NCBI RefSeq assembly: GCF_006345805.1
Contig: NW_021829885.1
Coordinates: 1-56,645, forward strand
Direction: 5' to 3'
From: Octopus sinensis
Taxonomy: Eukaryota
DNA length: 56,645 bases
The translations under genes and the position numbers were made by a program. The notes below the pieces were generated by a model. That model had not been told where the DNA came from and ran no database searches. It was given only the letters and a program-made list of their open reading frames with translations. Position 1 is the stretch's first letter. The number at the start of each line of letters is the position of its first letter. Below, in pieces: positions 37,473 through 48,699 of this stretch.

Positions 37473-37985
37473 CCATCGTCTTATGTTCGCTTTCAAAGCT
37501 GGTATGGGTTGGACTGTTTGACTGAGGACTGGTGAACCAGAGGCTACACCAGGTTCAATCTGATCTGGCAAAGTTTCTACAGCTGGATGCCCTTCCTAAT
37601 GTCAACCACTCTGAGAGTGTAGTGAGTGCTTTTACCTGCCACCGGTACGATGGCCAGTCAGGTGGCAACAACCACGCTCAAAAGGTGTTTTTACGTGCCA
37701 CTAGAACACGTGCCAGTAAGGCAATGCTGGCAATGACCATACTCGAATGGTACTTTTCATGTGTCACCGGCATGGGAGCAAGTCCGTGGCCCTGGCAATG
37801 ATCATGCTTGGATGTGCTTGTACCGTTCCACTGGCATGAATGCCAATCAGGCAGTACTGTCACCGGCAACATCAGCGATTTTGATTTGTTTACACTTGCC
37901 TCAATAGGTCTTCGCAAGCAAAATTCATTGTCCAATGAATGAGGGGTACCCATTAATGGGACGGTTAGACCCCAATTTCAGATGT
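37415..37985 (-). mobile_element. SINE family D with (GAT)n tail
   Basis: Minus strand has TTAGGAAGGGCATCCAGCTGTAGAAAC and TCAAACAGTCCAACCCATACCAGC...GATGATGAT; internal TGGCA/TGCCA-rich repeats. Confidence 0.75.
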
Positions 37986-38029
37986 GCTTCTAACGTTGCA
38001 CGTCAGGAATTTTGATTTTGATTTCACTT

Positions 38030-38995
38030 GCCTCGGAAATTTCCAGCAAATCCTCGGAATTTTCCAGGAAGTCCATCCCTCGGAATTTTCCTGGAAGTCC
38101 CATCCACGGAAATTTCCAGGAAGTATCTCAACATTGGAACTTACCAGGAAATCCTCGGAATTTTGCAGGAAGACTCATCTTCGAAATTCTCCATGATATC
38201 CCCTCCTCGGAACATTCCATGAAATCTTCGGAATTTTCCAGGAAGTCTCATCATCGGAAATTTCTGTGAAATCCTCGTTATTATCCAGGAAGTCGCATCG
38301 TTTCGACCAAATTTCCAGCAAGTGAGAGATCCGTCGGAACTTTCAAAGAAGTTTTCGACGAAGGTTCCACGCTGTTAAATTATCGTTGGAACATTCCAGA
38401 AAGTTTTCGACTAAATTTTCCGGAAGTTGGGCAATCGTATGAACTTTCCAGGAAGATTTCGACTAAAACTTCCCGGACTTGGGAAACCCCCAGAATTTTC
38501 AGGAAGTTCTCGATCAAACTACCCGGAAGTAGGAAAATCCTCGGATATTTTCCAGGAAGTTTTCGATCGAACTTCCCGGAAGTTGGGAAATCGCTGGAAC
38601 TTTCCAAGAAGATTTCGATCAAATTCCCTGGAAATTGGGAAATCCCAGGAACTTTCCAGGAAGTTATCGTTCAAATTTTCCGGAAGTTGGGAAATGTCCG
38701 GAAATTTTCGACGAAACTCACCGGAAGTTGGGAAATCCCCGGAACTTCCCTGGATGTTTTCGATGAAACTTCCCGGAAGATGGAAATCCCCGGAACTTTC
38801 CAGGATATTTCGACCAAACTTTCGACGAAACTTCCCGGTAGTTGGAAAATCTCCGGAACTTTCCAGGACGTTTCGACGAGACTTCTCGGAAGTTGGGAAA
38901 TACGCGGAACTTTCCATGAAGTTTTCGACCAAGTTTTCAGGTAGATGGGAAATCCACAGAAATTTCCAGGAAAATTTCGACCAAATTTTCCGGAA
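38030..38995. repeat. Degenerate minisatellite, unit of about 52 bp built from TTCC..GGAA palindromic subunits
   Basis: Consensus by eye GGAACTTTCCAGGAAGTTTTCGACGAAACTTCCCGGAAGTTGGGAAATCCCC over 38400-38995; shorter related units at 38030-38330. Confidence 0.9.
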
Positions 38996-39515
38996 GAGAT
39001 GTGGCTAGTTTCACAAAATCGGTTAATATTGAATAAATTTAATTTTTTCTTTTTATTTCTAATTCTAATTTTATTTCTTATCCTCTTCTCATATTGGTTT
39101 CCTGTTCAAATGTTAAGTCATTCTTTTTACTTGAATCCCACACTGTGCATTGGTTATCGAAGCTGCAGCTTGGAGGCGATTATTCAGTGCGGTAAGATCT
39201 ACATTTTTGATTCAAAACAGCTTTCATAACTACATTTATCTTTTACTCATTGTTTTACCATTTTGTTTCGAGGTGCGAATCTTGGTCAAGTCATTACCAT
39301 TTCTCAATTCAATGGGTTTGACCTTCATCCATTCTGATGGAAATTTTGAATTGAAAGTTTTAAATTCACTCTCTGTGGTATCATATTCATTGCGATCACT
39401 CTTATTTAACATCAGCGTCAGTGAATGTTTCGGTTTAGGTATTTGTAATACAAGGTTCGTAGCTGTGTAACTTGCTCGCAGAAAAGAGGACAGTCATATA
39501 ACTAGACATGTTTTC

Positions 39516-39547
<32 letters not shown>

Positions 39548-40506
39548 GCTATCTTTTTTCTTCTTCTTTCAAATTTGCTTCCATTTCTTTCCGAGTGTCT
39601 TCCCGACACCTAGGGCAAAGAAACTCATAGTATACATTGGTAGGCCATTAAACTAAACTCACAAGTTCGTTCATTTTTTTTTAAAAGTTAAATTAAAATA
39701 CATGGGTAGTAATAGTTCTCACATCGACAATGCTCTTCTCAATACGTGTGATGTACCAGTTAAGACAATATTTTGCACTTCTTGCAGGGATGGTAAGCCA
39801 GGGATCATTCTCATATAATTTTCGGTTCCCTTCTTGATCATTCCTAGTGCTCCTACGATCACTGGTATTGTAACCGCTTTGAGATGCCACATTTTCTCAA
39901 TTTCTATGAGCAGGTCTTTATATTTTCTGAGCTTGTCAAACTCTTTCGCCGAGATATTATGATCACAGGGGATGCTCATGTCGATCAATAAGCAAACTTT
40001 ATTGTTTTGGTCTTTCACAACAATATCCGGTTTATTGACTTTGATGGTTCAGTCTGTATGTACTGGGAAGTCCCACTGAATCATTACATTTTCTCCTTCA
40101 GCTACAGCTTCAGGGTGGTGATTATACCACTTGTCGGCAGTTTTGATATTGTAATGCCGACTTATTAGCCAGTGTAGATATTGACCAACTCTGTCATGTC
40201 TTAATTTATACTCCACTGGTGCTAAGGCTTTACATCCAGAGATTAGGGGGTCCACTGTTTCAATCATGTCGTTGCAGAATCGGCATTTTGGGTCTGCTCC
40301 ATTTTTCATCACATTGTTCCGGGTAGTTCCGGGTTAATAGGCTTTGATCTTGTGCAGCCAGGATGAAACCTTCACTCTCTGCTTTTAGCCCCGAGCTCCG
40401 TAGCCACTGATAGGTTTGCTTCTGGTCAACATCAGCTTGTTTGCTACGGGCCACATATTTCTCCTCCCACCTATCACCCAATTGCTCGTGCGGTTTTTTC
40501 GTTGCC
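39548..40506 (-). mobile_element. R4/Dong-like RLE non-LTR retrotransposon, 5'-truncated, flanked by (TAA)n on both sides
   Basis: AAQDQ, CRFC...ETVD..ISGC..LA..EYKLRHD.V..YLHW, WDFPVHTD, and LLIDMSIPCD.N...KE..K..KY.DL..EI..MW....IPVIVGALG...TGTSHVLRR. (TAA)n at 39517-39547 and 40507-40602. Confidence 0.9.
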
Positions 40507-40521
40507 ATTATTTTTACTTAC

Positions 40522-40602
<81 letters not shown>

Positions 40603-41118
40603 GAGTGAGAGAGCAATGCATGCCATCAAAGTGACACAGGGTACAAATATACGAAGCCCAATATACCCATCATGACTACCCATCTGATAAGGGTACACCG
40701 GGCACATGCGTCACAACCATTTGCGTGCGACATGGTGACCTCATATCAAGATACATATCTCATAACCTAGCGGGTGGGGGCCCAGCTAGAACTTTCTTCA
40801 GGTCAAGTAGTCCATCCTGCTCAGAAGATCTCTGTATAAGATTTGTTTAAGAATGATGAACGAAACACCCTTGTTTCCAGCGGTGAATTATTCCTCTCAA
40901 CACATGATGCTCCCCCACTATTTCTGCTGGTGATCAGAGATGCACGCATCGTCAGCCACTAATGGACATGGTCAAATTGTTAAGGCCAAACAACTGAGAA
41001 GTAAATCTGTGGTATTGAGCAGAATATTTGTTGTAGCCCATCTTTTATACCAAGACAAAACGTGTACATGATGACACTTCCAATCAGTTAAGGCCAGAAG
41101 CCACGAGAACCACTATCT
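40603..41118. mobile_element. Non-coding interspersed element bounded by (TAA)n tracts
   Basis: About 515 bp of complex non-coding sequence between (TAA)n 40507-40602 and 41119-41143; no ORF or tRNA boxes recognised. Confidence 0.5.
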
Positions 41119-41204
41119 TATTATTATTATTATTATTATTATTATGAAGGCCACAATCTGAAACTATCGTTAGATCGCCGGACATAATGCCTTCTAGTAT
41201 ATGT

Positions 41205-41347
41205 TCCAGCCCTTTGCAGTTCAATTCCCACTGAGATCAACTTTACCCATCATCCTTTCGGGGTTCGATAAAATAAAATGTCAGTCAAGTACTGGGGTCT
41301 ATGTAATCAACTACCTACTTCCAAATTGCTGGGATTGTACCAAATTT

Positions 41348-41440
<93 letters not shown>
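41205..41440 (+). mobile_element. SINE family C fragment with (CTA)n tail
   Basis: CATCCTTTCGGGGTTCGATAAAATAAA core, then (CTA)n at 41348-41440. Confidence 0.75.
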
Positions 41441-41442
<2 letters not shown>

Positions 41443-41599
41443 AATTGTTTCTAGAACGAATTTTAATTAGGAAAATGGCGAGATTTGGACCCAAGACCTG
41501 TTAGAAATCCTGCATACAAAGCCCCTGATTCATTCGCTCTTTTTGCTTTTACTGACACTTCACGGTGTATTTAGACATAAAATGGAAATAGACATCGAG

Positions 41600-41710
41600 T
41601 GCTGCTGCTGCTCATGATGATGATGAAAACAGAGGTGATGAGGAAAGAGCAAAGTGATGATGATGGCGGTGGTGCTGGCATACTGGTCGTGATGATGAGG
41701 ATGGTGACGG

Positions 41711-41741
<31 letters not shown>

Positions 41742-42037
41742 ATGGTGGTTGTGTTGATGATGATGATGATGTCAGTGGTGAGAATTACTTAATGGAGGCA
41801 ATGTTAGCAGTTGTTGTTAGTGGTGGTGGTTGTGGTGGTGACAACGATGACAAGGGTATGGTTGTGATGATGATAATGATGGTGATGACTAATGATTTAG
41901 CGATGAGGGTAGTTAGGGGTGGTGATACTGATGATAATAATTGTGGGGGTGGTGGCGTTGGTGGCGGTGGTGTTGATAATGAGAATTTGTATTGGTGATG
42001 ATTCTGACGATGATGAAGGGAATAAGCGACACTGATA

Positions 42038-42101
<64 letters not shown>

Positions 42102-42102
42102 A

Positions 42103-42171
<69 letters not shown>

Positions 42172-42283
42172 GATGATGCTGATGGTAATAAGTATGATGA
42201 CGACGACGATGAAGATGATGATGACGACGACGATGATGATGATGATGATGATGAAGGTGATGATGATGATGATGATGATGATG

Positions 42284-42333
<50 letters not shown>

Positions 42334-42780
42334 ATGATGATTAGGTGCAACTTAATGACTACATCAAATTCATGATAATTTTGTCAAAATAATTATATTG
42401 TAATTAGTACTGTACTGACTTGTTCGGCGTCACTAATATTGACTCCGGCGTCGTCGCTTTTGTTGTTGTCATCGTTGTCGTTGATGTCGTCGACGTCGGC
42501 GTTGTCACTGTCACCCACCATCCCCACCATCATCATCATCGTCACCACCGTCATCGGCTTTCTCTTTCGCCTTCTCTTCATCGTCGTCGTTATCCTCATC
42601 GTCATCATCATCATCAGCAGCAGCATCTACCACCACCACCATCACCTCCTTGTCCTTGTCCGCCTCCTCCTCCTCCCCCTCCTCCTCCTCCTCCTCCTCA
42701 TCATCATCTTCTTCTTCTTCTTCTTCTTCTTCTTCCTTCTCCTCCCCTCATCTTCCTCATTCTCCACCTCTTCTTTCATT
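41600..42780. repeat. Trinucleotide mosaic: (GAT)n/(GGT)n then (CAT)n/(CCT)n/(CTT)n
   Basis: Direct reading; source of the poly-D/M/S/H/P ORFs. Confidence 0.95.
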
Positions 42781-43649
42781 GCTAGTATTATTTTTCTTCA
42801 GTTAAAAAAAAGATGACATTGATGATAATTAGTCTTAGATATTTTTGTTTCTTTTTTTTTTTTAACTGAGGCTGATTAGGAGAATCATTAGAGCATCGGA
42901 TAAAATGACTTGCTGCATTCGTTCCAGCTCTTTACGTTCGGAGTTCAAATCCCACCTAGTTCCAGATTTCCATTTCGTCCTGCTGTGGTCAATAAATAAA
43001 CTACTAATCGAATACTGCGTTTGATTTTTCTCTCTCAGAATCTACTTACTGCACTGTGATAGTCGGTTCTGAATGTGGGTGTACTTCCGCTATTCCCTGC
43101 TTCCTAGTAACCCCTTATCCGACGCGATACATAGGCCGTCTTAAGAAACCTGGCAAGGTGGCCGTGACTATCTGACACGCTGTACTACATGAAACGGCTT
43201 AAAAATTACTTCATTTCATTGCTTCTGTTCATCTAGATCTAGAACAATATTTTATCTATGGACCCATTTGATTACTATATTATTCTGGTGACCCCTGTAC
43301 CCATTCGATGTTTACAAACTTGTTTTATAGAAATTTCTTTCAAAATACCTATTTTGTTTTCTACGCATGAACTTGTGTAGGTTGAACCATGTGAAATGTT
43401 AGAGAAAGAACCCAAGCGGTTTTTTGCAACACATACAAATATATACGTCTAATTTTTTCGGGGTCCTTAAAATACTATTTTGTTGTGTGGACCTCCCAAA
43501 ACCTTATATGGACCCTCAGGGGCCATATGAACTCCCACTTGAGAACCCCTTATCTAGACCAATTTTTGCTTACAAGTCCCTTTCATTCCAATTTTACTAT
43601 ATTGGACCTCCATAGCTATTCGGTATACTGTTTTACTCTTTTACTCTTT

Positions 43650-44040
43650 TACTTGTTTCAGTCATTTTGACTGCGGCCATGCTGGAGCACCGCCTTTAGT
43701 CGAACAAATAGACCCCGGGACTTATTCTTTATAAGCCCAGTACTTATTCTATCGGTCTCTTTTGCCGAACCGCTAAGAGACGGGGACGTAAACACACCAG
43801 CATCGGTTGTCAAGCAATGCTAGGGGGACAAACACAGACACACAAACACACACACACATATATATATATATATACATATATACGACAGGCTTCTTTCAGT
43901 TTCCGTCTACCAAATCCACTCACAAGGCATTGGTCGGCCCGGGGCTATAGCAGAAGACACTTGCCCAAGATGCCACGCAGTGGGACTGAACTCGGAACCA
44001 TGTGGTTGGTTAGCAAGCTACTTACCACACAGCCACTCGT
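43650..44040 (-). mobile_element. SINE family A (full length)
   Basis: Complete tail, microsatellite and head. Confidence 0.93.
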
Positions 44041-44349
44041 ATAAAAAAAATCCCTATGTATTTTTATGATTAAATAGAATTAAAAATATTTTATGCATTG
44101 TAAAAGTATAAGCAATTTATTGCAATAAATTTTAACCAGAAATTTTTATATGAATCCCCTAGGGCCATATAGATCCCAGTTGAGAATCACTAAAAGCGTA
44201 ATAAATTTTATGAGGAAGCATGAACGTAACAACTTACCATTCTTCCCCTCGCCGTAATTATGTGGTCAAAATAGCCAGTAAATTTGCCTATAATATAGCC
44301 CGTAGCTTTCATCCTGTACTCTGACCTGTAACTTAGAAATACGAATATA

Positions 44350-44600
44350 TGAGAGCTCCTGATCTAGTGGTTGGGATGTTGCACTCACTATTGCAAGATC
44401 GTGGTTTCGATTCCCGGACCGAGCGGTGCATTGTGTTCTTGAGCAAAACATCTCATCTGATGTTACTCTGTGACCACTTCGACACCTGACGTGTGGCACA
44501 TCGTACACCTGTACAGGCAATGTCGATTTGATGGAAGACGTCTGCTGTTATGTATACAAACATTTGATCACTATAAACAAATCATCTGTGCAAGAAATTG
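44350..44600 (+). mobile_element. SINE family B
   Basis: GATCTAGTGGTT...GGTTTCGATTCCCGGACC...GCATTGTGTTCTTGAGCAAAAC. Confidence 0.8.
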
Positions 44601-44799
44601 CTGAGCACTCATCTGTTGTCTATAACAGGGGGGACGACCCTTCCCCCAATACACATATTTGATTTGGAAATATATATTTCTATATATAATCAAGGATATA
44701 TCAATTATAACTTTTTAGCCTATAATATTTTAAGGCCTAACTCCAGGCTTTACAGTCATAGGCTTAGCTTATGACTGTGTTAAACTATATCCTATAAGT

Positions 44800-44955
44800 C
44801 GCAGCTGTGGCTGTGTGGTAAGAAGCTTACTTCCCAACCACATAGTTCTAGGTTCAGTCCCACTGCGCGGCACCTTGGGCAAGTCTTCTACTATAACCTC
44901 GGACTGACCAATGATTTGTGAGTGAATTTGGTAGAGGGAAACTGAAAGAAAACCG

Positions 44956-44986
<31 letters not shown>

Positions 44987-45140
44987 TATTTGTGTGTGTG
45001 TGCCTATATTTATCCCCCCACCATCGTTTGACAACCGTAAGTACTAAACTTACATACAATAAGTCCTGGAGTCGATTTCTTCGACTAAAGGTGGTGCTTC
45101 AGCATGGCCGCAGTCAAATGACTGAAACAAGTAAAAGAAT
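44800..45140 (+). mobile_element. SINE family A, plus strand, internally deleted
   Basis: TGGCTGTGTGGTAAG...GGTTCAGTCCCACTGCG...GCATGGCCGCAGTCAAATGACTGAAACAAGTAAAAG. Confidence 0.9.
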
Positions 45141-45663
45141 GAAAAAATAAAAGAATACAACACGTTTGCCCATGGTTAAATCTAGGAACTTGCTTAACCG
45201 TTGACTTTCAATTTGACTTATTGCGAGGCCTATAGATTGGATGTTATTTCAATAATTAGATTGTCTATTGAAAAGATAAAAAAGCAACCACGATTAGAAA
45301 TATATACCATAAAAAATGTTTTAAATGTATATTTAAGCTGAATCTCAGATTTTTTAATCATATTTATTATAGATATTGAACAATTACTAATTTAGCATAT
45401 ACTTTTGTATCTGTATGATTTAACTTAAATGTTGTTAGGTTAGCATGATTATTGTATATATAAAATGTTAAATTAATTATAGCTTTTAGCCTATGGAATT
45501 AAAGGCAAAATGTGAGTTGATATTGGCTTAAATAACTATACCTTACATATGGTATGATTTTATAATAAACTATTATGGAAATTGATTTAAAGATTAACTT
45601 ATAGAAAACTCATAATTTAGATATAAATTATGAAAAGAGTGTAGGGTAAAATGTATGGCTTGT

Positions 45664-45734
<71 letters not shown>

Positions 45735-45799
45735 TGTGAGTGTGTATGTTTGTGTTTGTGTGTGTGTATGTGTTTGTGTGTGTGTATGTGTATGTGTGT

Positions 45800-45955
45800 A
45801 TTCAAGTCAATGTTATCCAATATAGTTGAGCGGACTGGAGCAACGTGAAGTGAAGTGTTTTGCTCAAGAACGAAACGTACCACTGGTCAGTAAATCGAAA
45901 CAACAACTATGCGATCATAAATGAATGCAACATCGTAACCACCAGGCCATGCGTC
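45800..45955 (-). mobile_element. SINE family B head
   Basis: GGAGCAACGTGAAGTGAAGTGTTTTGCTCAAGAAC is the reverse complement of the family B motif. Confidence 0.7.
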
Positions 45956-46484
45956 CTTTCAGATCCATCCATCCATCCATCCATCCATCCACCCATCCAT
46001 CCATCTATCTATCCATAGTTGATTAACAATTTGTGTAATTATATAAATTATGACGTTTTATCCCAGATATCAACCTAATTCAGCCTATAGATCAGCACAT
46101 AATTAAACTTACAGTTTTGGATATAGCCGTATATATTTAGCCCGCAGACTAAATGATACGTTTAGCGTATAGTACTTCATATAATTGTTACCTATACACC
46201 CGTAGCTAATTTACTGGCTACATTTTTCAATTTATCTCATTAAAGTGCTAACGATAAATTCCTGTGGTGTAAAAAATTCAGCAACGCTGTAGAAATGGGA
46301 TAGTGAAAGAGTGCGTGCGAGAGAAAGAGAGAAAGAGAGAGAGAGAGAGAGAGAGGGAGGAGGGAGAATAAGAAAGGAAGAGATTGTTAGAAATCAAGAG
46401 ACAGATAGCTCGACAGAGAGATTCAAATAAACGCTACTGGCACGTGCATATCTACACTCATCACGTACGTACGACGTTGTTGGT

Positions 46485-46566
<82 letters not shown>

Positions 46567-47039
46567 CCAGACAGTTGGCTGTGTTTATGTATGTGTAAGA
46601 GAGAATGGATGTATGTGTGTGCACACCCCATTGGGGTTTGTATGTGTGGGTGTATGTGCGCACATGACATTAGTGTTTGTCTGACTTCATCTTTTTATTT
46701 TACCCGATGATTTAAGAATGCATCTCAGAAAAAAGTCATTGTTTTGATGACTGAAAATCTATCTGTTCTATTACCTGTATATTAATAAACATGTTGTTAA
46801 CTTCCTTCGTAAAGTATATGTAACGGTATGTGTTGGATACGGATTCTTTTCGCATCTATCTATATATTAATGAAAAAATAAAAAAGGCATCGGAGGAGCG
46901 ATGCATATCCTGCACGCACACAAGGATAAAGTAAAATTTATTTTAATGAATATATTCTTAGACGATTTTATATTTCAACAAAATGACACCAAGAATTATT
47001 TCCCCTGTTTATCGTTAATGCATATGTAACAAAGAAAAA

Positions 47040-47230
47040 AAATAAAGCATTTTGATTCATCTGTCTGCCAGTTTTGAGATAATCAAACCAAAAGTCATCC
47101 AAGGAGCATTTCTGCCAAATTTGGTAAAAATCCGTTTAATCGTTTTCCAGTAATTTTTCAAACATACAGACAAACAAACAAAGTTGAGCGATTACAATAA
47201 CCCTGCTTCTCTTACGCGGACAGGGTTAAC
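47040..47230 (+). mobile_element. Non-autonomous Helitron/Helentron-like 3' end
   Basis: AAATTTGGTAAAAATCCGTTTAATCGTTTT...ACAGACAAACAAACAAA...GATTACAA followed by hairpin TAACCCTG (47198-47205) / CAGGGTTA (47221-47228). Confidence 0.5.
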
Positions 47231-47702
47231 TGTATGCTTAACTTCCTTCGTTAAATGTGCATAACAATATATCAGGAATACGGGTGTCTTAAATTATTTT
47301 GTTATCGAAACGGTCTTTCGTGCGTTGCTGTGGACTGTGATCATAGCGAACGACAGCGAGAATTGAGTCGAAAGAGGCAGAGAAGATACAGGAAAAAAAA
47401 TTGGGGAAAAGCAGGGCTAATAGAAGAAATAAGAATTGGGAAAAAATAGAGGAGAATCAAGAAGGACAAGCAACCTTAACGGAGGAGGATAGAAATTAAA
47501 TTTATGCAAAATTGGAAGTAGATATTGTCGTACGACGATCAACGAATCTGAAACTTTTCGGGACATAAGGAGAATTTGTTAACCAAGAAAGAAAACATTA
47601 TATGAACGATGAGGCTACGTAAGAATATTTTGTATAAGCCAAAATGAAAGTACACACATAAGTCGTAGGAAATGAAATTCGTCTGTCATGGACCACAGGA
47701 TT

Positions 47703-47746
47703 TCCCATATCACATGATTTCGTCTTATTGGACCTCATCAGTGGGA
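47703..47746 (-). ncRNA. Minimal type I hammerhead ribozyme motif
   Basis: Minus strand: TCCCA-CTGATGA-G-GTC/caataa/GAC-GAA-ATCATGTGAT-A-TGGGA. Perfect 5-bp stem I, intact core, near-palindromic stem III. Confidence 0.85.
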
Positions 47747-47799
47747 GCACCAGTTGACCGCATGCCAGTCAAATCTCACTGCTACGATATCTCTTACTC

Positions 47800-48014
47800 T
47801 TTACCCTTTTATTTGTTTCAGTCCTTTGAATGTGGCCATGCTGGAGCACCGCCTTTAGTCGAGCAAATCGACCCCAGGACTTATTCTTTGTAAGCCTAGT
47901 ACTTATTCTATCGGTCTCTTTTGCCGAACCGCTAAGTTATGGGGACGTAAACACACCAGCATCGGTTGTCAAGCGATGTTGGGGGGACAAACACAGACAC
48001 ACAAACATATACAC

Positions 48015-48092
<78 letters not shown>

Positions 48093-48240
48093 TACGACGG
48101 GCTTCTTTCAGTTTCGGTCTACCAAATCCACTCACAAGCCTTTGGTAGAAGACACTTGCCCAAGGTGCGACGCAGTGGGACTGAACCCGGAACCATGTGG
48201 TTCGTAAGCAAGCTACTTACCACACAGCCACTCCTACGCC
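47800..48240 (-). mobile_element. SINE family A (full length) inserted in the inverted arm of the hammerhead element
   Basis: Complete SINE; homology to 48515-48660 resumes on both sides of it. Confidence 0.93.
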
Positions 48241-48653
48241 CATAGAATTCCAAAACCTTTTCAGGATAAGATGTCACAAATAGCCAGCAGGCTTATCAAA
48301 AATTAGTTATCAGTGATGGAAGCAGTATTAATATAAAAAACGCACGTGATATGGGAATTCCAGCGCCTGTGACGGACAAATTTCATCTGCTACGATCTAT
48401 GTATGTGCTTTTATGCACCTAACTCCTTTACGAGAGGATTTCTCAAGGCTAATAATGCAGTATTCGGGGTTCTAATAAGGCATCCATGTTTAATTGGATA
48501 TAATGATTATCTTTTGGTATTAATACAGCTTCCGTCGCTAATAATTAATTTTCAATAAATCTGCTGGCTATTTGTGATGTCAGCGTCTGAAAATATGCTG
48601 CAATTCTATATATCGTCGCAGCAAGGTTTAACAGTCATACCCGCACCCGGTGC

Positions 48654-48699
48654 TTGCCACTGATGAGTTCCAACAGAACGAAATTACTTGATATTGGAA
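48654..48699 (+). ncRNA. Minimal type I hammerhead ribozyme motif, same family as 47703-47746
   Basis: ttgcca-CTGATGA-GTTC/caaca/GAAC-GAA-ATTACTTGAT-A-ttggaa. Intact core and perfect stem II; stems I and III partly mutated. Confidence 0.75.

Noticed and set aside
38427-39008. 193-aa ORF (and overlapping 137-aa minus ORF) as a repeat protein
   Set aside because: The roughly 52-bp unit is not a multiple of three and several frames on both strands are open, as expected for a stop-poor minisatellite
39230-39470. About 80 open codons on the minus strand (SYTATNLVLQIPKPK...)
   Set aside because: No recognisable homology or splice signals; length compatible with chance
43115-43200. GCCGTC...CTGACAC...GAAACGGC as a type III hammerhead
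   Set aside because: Core lacks G8/A9, stem I cannot form and stem II has a 1-nt loop
43518-44192. Two hAT-like MITE right ends (..TTGAGAACCCCT, ..GTTGAGAATCACT)
   Set aside because: Matching left TIRs and 8-bp TSDs were not found, so no element could be delimited
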